Source: Syntrophales bacterium (GTDB lineage Bacteria > Desulfobacterota > Syntrophia > Syntrophales > UBA2210). From it: a stretch of DNA of 64,000 nucleotides. Numbering within the stretch: position 1 is the stretch's first letter; the number at the start of each line of letters is the position of its first letter. Made by a program: the position numbers and the translations under genes. Shown piece by piece: positions 9,802 through 19,800 of the stretch. Below the pieces are notes generated by a model. The model was not told where the DNA came from and did no database searches. It saw nothing but the letters and a program-made list of their open reading frames with translations. The DNA lies in the NCBI GenBank assembly GCA_963666365.2, contig CAXXNF010000001.1, positions 800,001 to 864,000 on the forward strand, given 5' to 3'.

Positions 9802-10620
9802 TCACTGACCGGTCAGTTCCCGCGATTCCGCTATGCGTTTCATGGCCTCTATTTTGTTGTGATTGGCCTCTTTCATTTCATAAAATTTGCGCGCTTCGTC
9901 GGCGTAGATCAGTGCCAGGGTTTCCTGCCTGCCGGGGTCCTGTGTTTGCTCCACCTGCCTCTGCATGTGCCGGAGTTTCTGATATGTTTCAAACTCTTTT
10001 CGCTCAAGCTGCTTTTGAAGGGCAAACCAAGGTTTGTTGACGGAATCGGTCACGCCGATTTCGGGGTTGGGCACCGTCATGGAGGGGACCAGCACTCCGT
10101 CTTTTCCTGCAATTCCGCCGTAGGTGATCATGTCCTGCCCTGAGGAGACGATCACCGTCTTTGTCACGGTGCGGTGATCCCGGACCACCGGGGCGCCTTT
10201 TTCCCTGCCGCTCAATTTCCGGAGCGTGCCGCCGGGCCGTCCCGCCGGATATATCTTGATCGACGTCATCCGCCACGAAGCGTCATCGGTTTTCTGATAG
10301 ATTCCCGCATAATTGTATCCCCTGAGGATCATCTTCAGTGCGTCCTCCAGGGACCTGTTCGCTATATTGACAGTGACACTGTCAGGTTGCACGTCTTCCG
10401 AGACAAAAACCTCGATCGAAGCGCGGTCCGAGATCTCCTCGAGAAGATCCGTCAGGGGTACGCGATCGGCGGTGACGCTCAACCGATTTTCATTGAAGTG
10501 CACCATGTGCTTTTTCGTGTCGACGGCGGCCTGGAGAGGCATTGCCGAAAAACAGAAAAAGAGTGCCGCGAATGCGCCTATGAAATATTTAATGACACCT
10601 GGCTTCATAAATCCAAACAT
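9802..10620 (-). CDS. 272 aa exported protein with a secretin N-terminal/STN-like domain and helical C-terminus, no secretin barrel
   Basis: Signal peptide; LSVTADRVPLTDLLEEISDRASIEVFV...VTVNIANRSLEDALKMILRGYNY resembles N0/STN domains. Confidence 0.7.
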   Translation of the reverse strand: MFGFMKPGVIKYFIGAFAALFFCFSAMPLQAAVDTKKHMVHFNENRLSVTADRVPLTDLLEEISDRASIEVFVSEDVQPDSVTVNIANRSLEDALKMILRGYNYAGIYQKTDDASWRMTSIKIYPAGRPGGTLRKLSGREKGAPVVRDHRTVTKTVIVSSGQDMITYGGIAGKDGVLVPSMTVPNPEIGVTDSVNKPWFALQKQLERKEFETYQKLRHMQRQVEQTQDPGRQETLALIYADEARKFYEMKEANHNKIEAMKRIAESRELTGQ

Positions 10621-10712
10621 TTAGCTACTATGAGATCCCTGTATAATGAAAACTATGGCGGACATCCTTCTGGTGAGGATACCGTCACCATATCGTTCCT
10701 GCCCGTGAATCA

Positions 10713-11114
10713 TCAGGCGGTTCTGGGAGGAGGGCTCTGTGGCGTCAGTGCAGTGGAATGGTAGGTAAAAGAAAGATCGGGTACCTGCGTGCTGCATCCC
10801 TCCGGAAGGGAGATGCCTGCACATGCGACAAGATAGGGCGTTGCGAAGGTCAATTGGCCTGCCGATCCCGCAGGATCATCGCCGGCCTTGATCACCGTGC
10901 GCAGTCCCGCAACAATAGTGAGCGATGACAGGGCATTTTCGACACCGTTTCGGAAGCATGCCTGTTCGTCGGCGGTGACGGCGAGTTCCTTCACGCCCAT
11001 GATGGCATCTTCGAGGCCCACCGTTCCATCGCGGTTGACGTCACCGGGGCCGAAGAGCGGCATGCCCGACGCGGCAAGCAATAGAATAAGCAGTATGTGT
11101 ACGGTACGCCTCAT
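10713..11114 (-). CDS. 133 aa exported protein with one dockerin/EF-hand-like Ca2+ loop and a Pro-rich C-terminus
   Basis: Hydrophobic N-terminus; GDVNRDGTVGLEDAI; ends TPQSPPPRTA; first gene after a sigma70-like promoter. Confidence 0.7.
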   Translation of the reverse strand: MRRTVHILLILLLAASGMPLFGPGDVNRDGTVGLEDAIMGVKELAVTADEQACFRNGVENALSSLTIVAGLRTVIKAGDDPAGSAGQLTFATPYLVACAGISLPEGCSTQVPDLSFTYHSTALTPQSPPPRTA

Positions 11115-11172
11115 AGGCTGCCTGCATCCTTACTGAAACAGATACTTGAAAATGAATAAATATGAGGTTCCA

Positions 11173-11201
11173 ATACTAAGCCCCTTGCCGATGAAAGTCA
11201 A
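11173..11201 (-). promoter_or_regulatory. Predicted sigma70 promoter for the 11114->483 operon
   Basis: Minus strand TTGACT-17 bp-TAGTAT, ~60 bp upstream of ATG 11114. Confidence 0.55.
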
Positions 11202-11282
11202 GGATATTTTATTGATTTTTCACCCTTCGCGCAGTGATATTTTTATTGTTTTGTTACCCCCCCTGTCTTCACCTCCTTCTTC

Positions 11283-11418
11283 ACCCCCACCCTGACCCTC
11301 CCCCATCAAGGGGGAGGGTCAGGGTGTTCTCCCCAACAAGGGGGAAGGAAAAATAGGGGCGGAAGGGCATCCCCCATCACTTCCCCTCCCCTGGTGGGAG
11401 GGGATTGAGGGGAGGGGG
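11283..11418. repeat. REP-like element pair immediately after the stop of the 1659 aa gene
   Basis: cacccccaccctgaccctcccccatcaagggggaggg and cttcccctcccctggtgggaggggattgaggggagggg. Confidence 0.8.
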
Positions 11419-11422
11419 TTAT

Positions 11423-14400
11423 TTAAAAGTTTGCACTCCAGTTGGGCTGATATTTGTAATTAAAAGAACTTCTCCACGGTCCAGACCCCTCACCGCTGGT
11501 GTCATAGCCTATTTCCGTAAACTGAATCGCCGCGTAGGTGCCGTCGAACAGTCTGAAGGCGTAGACGTGGGCCGGGTCAAGAATGACATCCAGCGTCGGC
11601 CCATACCCGTCGATCGGTACGCGGTTCACATCCGAAAGAGAAAGCACACCCAGATCCTGCGCCTCTACGCCGGGCGCCAGGAAGATGATGTTGGTTTCGA
11701 CAATAAAATCAGTATCCTGCCAGTCGTACATATCATCGATGATTTGCACCCTCTTTGTTGTTGCCTCCGAAAAGTCGAAGCCGTCGTTATCATTCCATGC
11801 CCGGGAGGTGAGCTCTGCCGTCCCCGATTCAGAGGTGACCGGCAGGGGTGTGACGAGACCCGCGTTGGTCTGCAGCACATACATTGCCTCGATCAACCCG
11901 ATTCTTCCGTCATTGTTGACATCTCTCACCGCTTCGAGTCCCGTCGGATTCTGCCCCGTCAAGGCCTGCAGCACCAGGATTGCCTGGCCGAGATTCGGCA
12001 CGGGACCGGGCTGCGCGTAGGTAAAGTTCGTCTGCAGGAGCGAGAAGTTATCCTCTTCATCTCTGGTGGTGATGCTGTAGACGTAGGAGCCGTCTTCAAG
12101 TGTCCCTTCGTAGGCGACGCTCGAACCCTGGATGTCGTATTCATCCCAGATGAGGATCCACTGGGATTCAGTAACCTGATAGAGTTCAACGCCGTATTTG
12201 CCGTAGCCAGGCGCCGGCGTCCATGAGAACTCCAGCGTGCCCGAAACGATGTCACCCTCGCCGGGAGACTGGTCCATGGGGAACACTTCCACAAAGTTGT
12301 TCACCGTTCGTACCTCCTGTATTTGTTCCGAACCGCTGCCACTGTTGAAGGTAACAGTAAAGGTATAGGTCAGAGGCGTAACGGGTTTGACACCCCATGT
12401 GGGTCTCAGGTTATCCTGCTGGGGATTCGCGCTCCAGGAATGCCACCGGTTGTTGGTTACGTCATGATGAAGAGCGATGGAATCAGCGATGCCGTCTCCC
12501 TGAACCGTTACGGAAGATATTGCTACGTCTTCCCGGTCTTCCACCTGGAGAGACACCCAGTATGAGGGGGCGGAATCCAAAATCTCGTAACCCGAATAGG
12601 CCATAACCTCGAAAAACTGTTGGTCTCCATAAATTTTCCAGGAACCGTCCTCATCGATGAAGGAAAGTATTTCGCGTTCCTCGTCGCTCCAAAGAAGGGT
12701 GAGCGTTCCCCTGTTTGTATCCCCTGAATAGTCTACGGTGGTGTTCAGGACTGTGTAAGTCAGGGGCTGGAAATCGGGATCCCCGAATTCATCTGCAACT
12801 TCCTCCCTGAAGGCGGCTTTGGTCTCGCCTTCGTCGAGATAGCTTTCGGACACATAAGCCATGAATCCGTCAAGATTCCTGGCGTTATATAATGCCATGG
12901 CCGTACCGAAGGCATTCCTGAGTTCCACAACGGCTGAGGCATTGGTGCCGTCAACGATACCTTCGCTTACGGCGCCGCCGTGCATCATGAAGACGCTTGA
13001 ATCGAAGACAAACCCTTCATTTTGGGCGCTTACGAACACCCTGTCATTGTCAGCGACATTGAGGATTAAGTATCTGCCTTCTCCATAGGTTGCCGTGCCC
13101 GTTGGTTCAATATTACCTGAATCGTTTATATACACTACGGTATAATCCGTACGTCCCAGCGTGCTTTGATAGGTGACCTCTGCGCCGCCTATACCGCTGT
13201 TGTTATCCGTCATAATAATCCTTCCCGCGATCACGCCATTGCCCCCCGTGACGCCCCAGGATGTTAACTGGGCATCAGTGTAGAGGACGAAGGGGATGGG
13301 CGAAGTGATAGTGCCGGCGCTTCGCAGAACGCGCGAAAAGGTGGTTACGAATCCGTCTTTGTATATCCTCAGCATGAATGGAGCATCGATGGGCAGGCCG
13401 TTGAGGGCGAAAGTTCCGTCGCCCGCCGTCGTCATGGTTGAAATGAGGGGATTGCCCGCCATTTCGACGATGGCGTTTCCAATGCCGGCGCCGCTGCTGT
13501 CCGTAACCGCGCCGATAAAGGAAATCGTTGCGGGCGCAACTCCTTCCTGATAGGTAAATGCCACCGGGTTGGAATAGGCCTCGTTGCCGGAGGATGTGTC
13601 AACGGCCACCACCTGAACGGTGTAGTCTCCTGACGGTGCTCCCTGCTGGCTCATTGCAGTGAAAAGATCGACAGGGCCCTGAGGAATCAGCGGATCTGCC
13701 TCGCCGTTATACACCTCTGTTTGACCGCTTCTGATAATGAGATAATAGCCCACTGCGCCCGTTACGGCGTTCCAGGACAGTATGCCAGTGTCCTGATTGA
13801 CACTAATACTGGAGGGAAGCGCAAGCGGTGTCCCCGACTGAAAATCGAAGGTCAACGCCTCGGTGCTCTGATCATTGTATGTTGCCGTAAACGTGTACGT
13901 TCCCGCGTAGTTTTCCGGGAATTCCGCCGTGATGAATGAGGTATCCGAGGGATAGACGGCCCAGAATTCCTCGTATTCCCCGTTAAGCGGAAAATCGACG
14001 ATGCCCGAATTTGCAGGACCGGTGACGGTAACTGATGTAATATTCGTTACTTCGCCTTCCAAAATCATTTCAATCTGATAGCCGTTGGCAGAGCGCATAT
14101 ACAGGACGTCTGTCGTCACTGCCGGCGCCGTGGCCTGATAAGTAAAGTTCGTCTGCAGTATTGAGTAGTTCCCTGCTCCGTCACGGGTGACGATGTTGTA
14201 CACATAGGCGCCGTCGGTAAGGGCCGGTCCGTCGTACGGTACCGTTGAACCCTGCAGATCATAATTGTTCCAGATCTGGTTCCATGAGCTGTCGAAAAGC
14301 TCAATGCCGTAACCGAATCCGGGTACCGGCGTCCAGGAAAATAGGAGATCGCCCGATACCTTAGCACCCTGTGCGGGTGAAGGATTCGCAGGAAAGATTT

Positions 14401-16402
14401 CCACGAAATTGGTGACAGTGACCGTCTCTATGGCCTGCTGATCGGTTCCGTAATTGATCGTAAAGGTGTAGGTCAGGGGAAGCGCCGGTCTGGTGGCGCC
14501 GAAGGTGGGGTTGTTATTGGTCTGATCGGGAGACTCGCTCCAGGAATGCCACTCCTGCTGCTCCGCATCGTGATACAGCGCCACCGACCCATCGATGCCG
14601 TCACCCGTAACCGTGACGGAAGTAATCAGAGTGCCCGGGTCTTCCACTTCCAGAGAGACCCAGTAGACATCGGGGTTGGCCGATTGGGCCTGGTAGCCGG
14701 ATCGCGCCATGACTTCGAAGAGTTTCTGGTTTCCGTAAATCTTCCATGACCCTCCTTCTTTTAAGAAATAAAGAAGCTCGGATTCCATGTCGCTGCGCCA
14801 GAAAACCATCATTGTGGCCGAGACGCCGTCGATCGCAGTATTCAGCACCGTATAGGTCTCTCCCTGAAAATCGGGATCACTGAATTCCTCAACCAGTTCC
14901 GCCTCGAAAGCGGCCTTGGTGATGCCTTCGTCGAGATAGCCCTCGGACACATAGGCCATGAATCCGGCAAGATTCTTGGCGTTAAATAATGCCATAGCCG
15001 TATCGAAGGCAGCTCTCAGGGCCAGTACATCACTGTCAGTGGTCCCGAATACCGAGCCTTCGCTTACCACACCTCCGTGAGTCAGGAAGACACGGGCATC
15101 GAGGGCATATCCGACCTTCTCGGCGGCAACGAATACCATGTCGCCCTCATTTACATTCGGAATAAAGTAGCGTCCATCATCAGCTGTCGCAGAGGTTTCG
15201 CTTCCGGGGTAGGTGACAGTGTAGTTCTGGCCTGTCGTGCTTATGAATGAAACCACTGCGCCTTCGATGCCGTTTCCGGAGGTCTTGTCCAGAACTTTTC
15301 CTGTGATTACTCCTTTGCCCGTTTCAATGCCCCATATCGCTACTTCTTCCAGAGTGAAAAGCTTAAAGGGGCTGCCTGTGCCGTCGACGTCAGTCCCGCT
15401 GCGATATATGGCCGAGAACACGTCGGCGTACCCCATTTTAGCGATCTGGAGTGTGAAGGCGGAATCAACCGGAAGACCGCCAAGGGTAAAGGCCCCTCCG
15501 GTGCCTGTTGTCGTGAAAAGGGAGGGATTGCCTGCCAAGAATACCACGGCACCTTCAATGCCTGTACCGCTGCTGTCCGTAACCACGCCTGTGAAGGAAA
15601 TCGCTTGCGCCGCGCCTCCGCTCCCCTGGTTCAGATACACAAAGGGGTAGCATGCCGGAAGGCTCGGAAAAACAGCTCCTGTGGGGATGGTATACAGGCC
15701 TGCCTGGGTGAGGACCCCGCCATTGCACTTATAGGAGAAGAGAACTGTTCCGCTTCCTCCCGGGTTGTTTTCTATGCGCAGTTCAAGGGTTGTTGACTCC
15801 GGCACCAGGCTTTCAAGAACAACGGGCGTGTCTGCCATCCATACAGCCGTATCCGTTCCCCTGTCGTAAATCATAGGAAGAATTTCCAGCTGTCCCTGGT
15901 TATTCCAGCTGCCCTGCATGAAGGGTTGGGGACCGGGGGCCATTGGCGCCGTTGCGCCGGCATAAAAACGATAAATCCTATCCCCTTCGGTGATTCCTGA
16001 AAAATTTTTCAAAAGCACGTCCCAGGTCCAGGAAGTCGACGGTGCCGGTGGTGTGCCCTCTGAACCACCGGAAAGGATGGCGCCGCCCTCTGTTTGGGTC
16101 TGAATGGTAGCCAAACCGGCGGTCGTATCCAGCGTTACCGTGGCGGCCCCCAAATCGGGCGGGCTCATGAAAATAAAGCCTGCATCAAGGGGGTCTTTTT
16201 GAATTATTGCACTTTCGGGCAGAATAATGCCGCCCATTACAGGGTCTAAAGTGCCCGCGGAAAAATCATAGCTGATTTCACGGCTCGGGTCTTGATAGGA
16301 GAAGTGATCTACATCCACAGAAAAAGCCTCTGCCGAAACAGTGAAAACAAAAAGGAGTGCAAAAAGGATAATGATCCTAAGGTTAAAGTGTAGGTTTTTC
16401 AT
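11423..16402 (-). CDS. 1659 aa secreted modular surface protein (carboxypeptidase-regulatory-like pairs, NTF2/SnoaL-like, FN3/Ig-like) with a near-C-terminal dockerin-like module
   Basis: Signal peptide ending AEA; two copies of the ISFxGxVTDSSG... / LRxAFxTAMALxNAxNLxGFMAYVSExYLDEG super-module; QAILVLQALTG...DVNNDGRIGLIEAMYVLQ; AAGGAGG RBS. Confidence 0.88.
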   Translation of the reverse strand: MKNLHFNLRIIILFALLFVFTVSAEAFSVDVDHFSYQDPSREISYDFSAGTLDPVMGGIILPESAIIQKDPLDAGFIFMSPPDLGAATVTLDTTAGLATIQTQTEGGAILSGGSEGTPPAPSTSWTWDVLLKNFSGITEGDRIYRFYAGATAPMAPGPQPFMQGSWNNQGQLEILPMIYDRGTDTAVWMADTPVVLESLVPESTTLELRIENNPGGSGTVLFSYKCNGGVLTQAGLYTIPTGAVFPSLPACYPFVYLNQGSGGAAQAISFTGVVTDSSGTGIEGAVVFLAGNPSLFTTTGTGGAFTLGGLPVDSAFTLQIAKMGYADVFSAIYRSGTDVDGTGSPFKLFTLEEVAIWGIETGKGVITGKVLDKTSGNGIEGAVVSFISTTGQNYTVTYPGSETSATADDGRYFIPNVNEGDMVFVAAEKVGYALDARVFLTHGGVVSEGSVFGTTDSDVLALRAAFDTAMALFNAKNLAGFMAYVSEGYLDEGITKAAFEAELVEEFSDPDFQGETYTVLNTAIDGVSATMMVFWRSDMESELLYFLKEGGSWKIYGNQKLFEVMARSGYQAQSANPDVYWVSLEVEDPGTLITSVTVTGDGIDGSVALYHDAEQQEWHSWSESPDQTNNNPTFGATRPALPLTYTFTINYGTDQQAIETVTVTNFVEIFPANPSPAQGAKVSGDLLFSWTPVPGFGYGIELFDSSWNQIWNNYDLQGSTVPYDGPALTDGAYVYNIVTRDGAGNYSILQTNFTYQATAPAVTTDVLYMRSANGYQIEMILEGEVTNITSVTVTGPANSGIVDFPLNGEYEEFWAVYPSDTSFITAEFPENYAGTYTFTATYNDQSTEALTFDFQSGTPLALPSSISVNQDTGILSWNAVTGAVGYYLIIRSGQTEVYNGEADPLIPQGPVDLFTAMSQQGAPSGDYTVQVVAVDTSSGNEAYSNPVAFTYQEGVAPATISFIGAVTDSSGAGIGNAIVEMAGNPLISTMTTAGDGTFALNGLPIDAPFMLRIYKDGFVTTFSRVLRSAGTITSPIPFVLYTDAQLTSWGVTGGNGVIAGRIIMTDNNSGIGGAEVTYQSTLGRTDYTVVYINDSGNIEPTGTATYGEGRYLILNVADNDRVFVSAQNEGFVFDSSVFMMHGGAVSEGIVDGTNASAVVELRNAFGTAMALYNARNLDGFMAYVSESYLDEGETKAAFREEVADEFGDPDFQPLTYTVLNTTVDYSGDTNRGTLTLLWSDEEREILSFIDEDGSWKIYGDQQFFEVMAYSGYEILDSAPSYWVSLQVEDREDVAISSVTVQGDGIADSIALHHDVTNNRWHSWSANPQQDNLRPTWGVKPVTPLTYTFTVTFNSGSGSEQIQEVRTVNNFVEVFPMDQSPGEGDIVSGTLEFSWTPAPGYGKYGVELYQVTESQWILIWDEYDIQGSSVAYEGTLEDGSYVYSITTRDEEDNFSLLQTNFTYAQPGPVPNLGQAILVLQALTGQNPTGLEAVRDVNNDGRIGLIEAMYVLQTNAGLVTPLPVTSESGTAELTSRAWNDNDGFDFSEATTKRVQIIDDMYDWQDTDFIVETNIIFLAPGVEAQDLGVLSLSDVNRVPIDGYGPTLDVILDPAHVYAFRLFDGTYAAIQFTEIGYDTSGEGSGPWRSSFNYKYQPNWSANF
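11512..12010. repeat. ~500 bp near-identical direct repeat shared with 16948-17446 (dockerin-like + C-terminal domain coding region)
   Basis: Offset 5436 bp; only two mismatches seen by eye; the ORF track shows near-identical shadow ORFs at 11583 and 17019. Confidence 0.9.
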
Positions 16403-16441
16403 GGCCTGCCCCTCCTTATTGTATTATTTGCAGTAAAGTTA

Positions 16442-16526
16442 TTTTTAGCAGAAAATAAATGTTTCTTCAAGAAAAGCACAAGAATTTTGTGATTCTTTTC
16501 ACATCATTAACATGATATTTGTCACA
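16442..16526 (-). promoter_or_regulatory. Predicted promoter with tandem CRP-type boxes upstream of the 1659 aa gene
   Basis: TGTGA-ttcttt-TCACA (16488-16503), CATGA-tatttg-TCACA (16511-16526); TTGAAG-17-TAAAAA with TG extension (16470-16442). Confidence 0.75.
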
Positions 16527-16618
16527 TAAAGCGGGCGAAACGGGGAAATATGTGTAATGGTGGTGCGTGTAATATGACGTGAATGCATCACGCTCTCTTC
16601 TGTTTAATTGATTCGTTT

Positions 16619-16743
16619 TCTCGCGCAGAGACGCCAAGGCGCAGAGAAAGACATTTTATTTTTCCTTTTGTCCTCAGCGTCCCTGCGCCTCTGCGCGAAA
16701 ATCTGTTTTTTCCTGCCTAGATTCTGTCCAAGAAATGATGAGC
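16619..16743. repeat. ~120 bp inverted-repeat element with 9-nt-period arms (CGCAGAG family); inverted copy at 25811-25925
   Basis: tctcgcgcagagacgccaaggcgcagag...cctcagcgtccctgcgcctctgcgcgaaa; related arms at 27870-28000, 28181-28208, 31627-31699. Confidence 0.7.
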
Positions 16744-16753
16744 TACTTGTTAT

Positions 16754-16860
16754 CACCCCCACCCTAACCCTCCCCCATCGAAGGGGGAAGGAATTGAGCG
16801 CGGTTGGTGTTCCCCCCCTTACTTCCCCTCCCCTGGCGGGAGGGGATTGAGGGGAGGGGG
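16754..16860. repeat. REP-like element pair after the stop of the 2806 aa gene
   Basis: cacccccaccctaaccctcccccatcgaaggggga and cttcccctcccctggcgggaggggattgaggggagggg. Confidence 0.8.
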
Positions 16861-16867
16861 ATTTTAT

Positions 16868-19800
16868 TTAAAAGTTTGCGCTCCAGTTGGGCTGGTACTT
16901 GTAATTAAAGGTACTCTTGAATGTGTCGTTTCCCTGATCGACTGCGGTTTCCGTAAACTGAATCGCCGCGTAGGTGCCGTCGAACAGTCTGAAGGCGTAG
17001 ACGTGGGCCGGGTCAAGAATGACATCCAGCGTCGGCCCATACCCGTCGATCGGTACGCGGTTCACATCCGAAAGAGAAAGCACACCCAGATCCTGCGCCT
17101 CTACGCCGGGCGCCAGGAAGATGATGTTGGTTTCGACAATAAAATCAGTATCCTGCCAGTCGTACATATCATCGATGATTTGCACCCTCTTTGTTGTTGC
17201 CTCCGAAAAGTCGAAGCCGTCGTTATCATTCCATGCCCGGGAGGTGAGCTCTGCCGTCCCCGATTCAGAGGTGACCGGCAGGGGTGTGACGAGACCCGCG
17301 TTGGTCTGCAGCACATACATTGCCTCGATCAACCCGATTCTTCCGTCGTTGTTGACATCTCTCACCGCTTCGAGTCCCGTCGGATTCTGCCCCGTCAAGG
17401 CCTGCAGCACCAGGATTGCCTGGCCGAGACTCGGCACGGGACCGGGGAGCGCGTAAGTGAAGGACGTCTGCAGCAGCGAGTAATTCCCGTCGCTGTCGCT
17501 GGTGACGACGTTGTAGTAGTACCTGCCCCCTTCGAGCGCCGGTCCGTCATAAGCAACCTGCACCTGACCTTCGACAAGGCCGCCCTGGACATCGTATTTT
17601 TCCCATACACGGTTCCAGTTCATGTCGAACAGTTCAATGCCGTGGATGAATCCGGGCACCGGCGTCCAGGAGAATGCAAAATCGCCTGTCACTGTCTGAC
17701 CTTCCCAGGGCGCTGCATCGTAGGGGAACACTTCCACGAAGTTGGCGACGGTGACCGTCTCCGTTTTCTCTTGGCTTTGGTAATTGACCGTAAAGGTATA
17801 GGTCAGGGGCAGCTCCGGCCGCATATTCCCGAAGGTGGGGTTGTTATTTTCCTGCCAGGAATTCCAGCTTTTATCCTCCGGGTCGTGGTACAGCGCGAGA
17901 GACCCGTCGATGCCGTCGCCGGTGACGGTAACCCCGGTGATCATATCGCCCGGGTCCTCCACTTCGAGCGATACCCAGTAGGTGTCCGGATTGGCTGACG
18001 CGGCCTGATGTCCTGAACGTGCCATGACTTCAAACAGCTTCTGGTTTCCGTAAAGCTGCCAGGCGCCACCCTCGTATTTGAAGGGAATGACCTCGCGCTC
18101 CACACCGTTCCAGAGAACCGTCAGATAGCCCATCTCTCCGTCGATGAAGGAACCGAGCACCACATAGGTCTCTCCATCAAAACCGGGATCGCTGAATTCT
18201 TCGGCCAGTTCGGCTCTGAACCCGGCCTTGGTCTGACCGTCGTCGAGGTAATCCTCGGAGACACAGGCCATGAATTCTTCGAGATGCCCGCTGTTAAACT
18301 CCACCATGGCCGCATCGAACTGGCTCCTCAGGGTGAGTGTAGCGCCGTCGGAGGCGCCGAAGATGCTTCCTTCGCTTACGCTGTAGGCATGGGTCATAAA
18401 TACCCGGCCGTCAAAGGCAAAGCCGGGGCAGGTCGCGGTGACGATCACCCTGTCGCCGTCAGCAATATTGAGAATCCTGTATGTGCCCTCGGCCCCCGTC
18501 GCTTCGGCGCTGCCGGGATAGACGACGGTGTAGGACTGTCCGGAGAGGCTTGTATAGGACACCACGGCATTCGGGACGGCAAATCCGGATGTTCTATCCA
18601 GGACCCGTCCTGTGATGACGCCTTTGCCGGCTTCAACGCCCCATGCTTCCACCTGGTCGGGTGTGAAGAGTTTGAAGGGGGTTCCCGTGCTGTCGATGTC
18701 AGTGCCGCTGCGGATTATCGCCGAGTAACTGTCGGCGTAGCCCCACAGGAATATTCTCAATGTGAAGGGTGTGTCGATGGGCAAACTTCCAAGGGTGAAT
18801 GTGCCGTCGGTTCCCGTCATAACCATGTGGCTCCAATTATCCGCCAGCATCACTTCAGCGCCCTGAATGGCGTTCCCCTCGCTGTCGACCACCTTGCCGG
18901 TGAAGGAAATGGTCATCGCCGCACCGCCCTGATAGAAGAACGGCGCCGGGTCGGCATAGGCCTCGTTGCCGAAGGGTCCGTCAACAGCCACCACCTGCAC
19001 GGTGTACTCGCCTGAAGGAACACCCCGCTGACCCAGTGCGGTGAAAAGATCGAAGGGACTCTGGAGAATCATCGGGTCCGCTTCGCCGTTGTAGACTTCC
19101 ATCTGGTTGCCTACATCCGTGATCACAAGGTAGTACCCCGCCGCTCCGTCAACGGCATCCCAGGCGAGCATACCCGTGTCTCCGTTAACGCCGACGTTGG
19201 CGGGAACCTCCAGCGGCGTACCGGGCTGGAAGTCAAATGTACGCGTTTCGGTGTGCTGGTCGGCGTACGTGGCGATGAAGGTGTACCATCCCGTATAGCT
19301 TTCCGGGAATTCCTCGGTGATGAAGCTCGTATCCGAGGGATAGACGGCCCAGAATTCCCCCTCATCCTCTCCGACCCCCGGATTGAGCGGGAAATTGAGG
19401 ATGCCGGAATTTCCGGGTCCCGTCACGGTAACCGAGGCGATGTCGGCGACATCGCCCTTCAGTATCATCTCGAGCTGATCGCCGCCGGTAAAGCGCATGT
19501 AGAGCATGCGGGCCTGCAGACCCGCCTCACCCGTCGCGAAAATGGAATCTTCCGTGACCGTGCCGGCCGCCACGGGAACAAGCGCGTTGTTGAATGTGAA
19601 GGTGTAGCCGTCCAGGGTCGCGGTCACCTGGTACAGGACAGGCGGGTGAAATTCATCCATCACAGGCACGTTTTTCACCATGTAGAGACCATCCTCGGCC
19701 GTTGCGTTCCCGCCGCCGGTGTAGGTCACCTGAAGCGGATCCCCCACCAGCCCCATCGGTGTCCATCGCTGGACCTCTATTGTCGCGCCGGCCAGGAACT

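Noticed and set aside
11200..11260. CRP/FNR box upstream of the scaffold operon
   Set aside because: Half-sites are present but spacing and sequence do not fit either consensus
11423..17446. Diversity-generating retroelement (TR/VR pair at gene 3' ends)
   Set aside because: No reverse transcriptase; both copies are coding; the variable loop differs by an indel and non-adenine-specific changes
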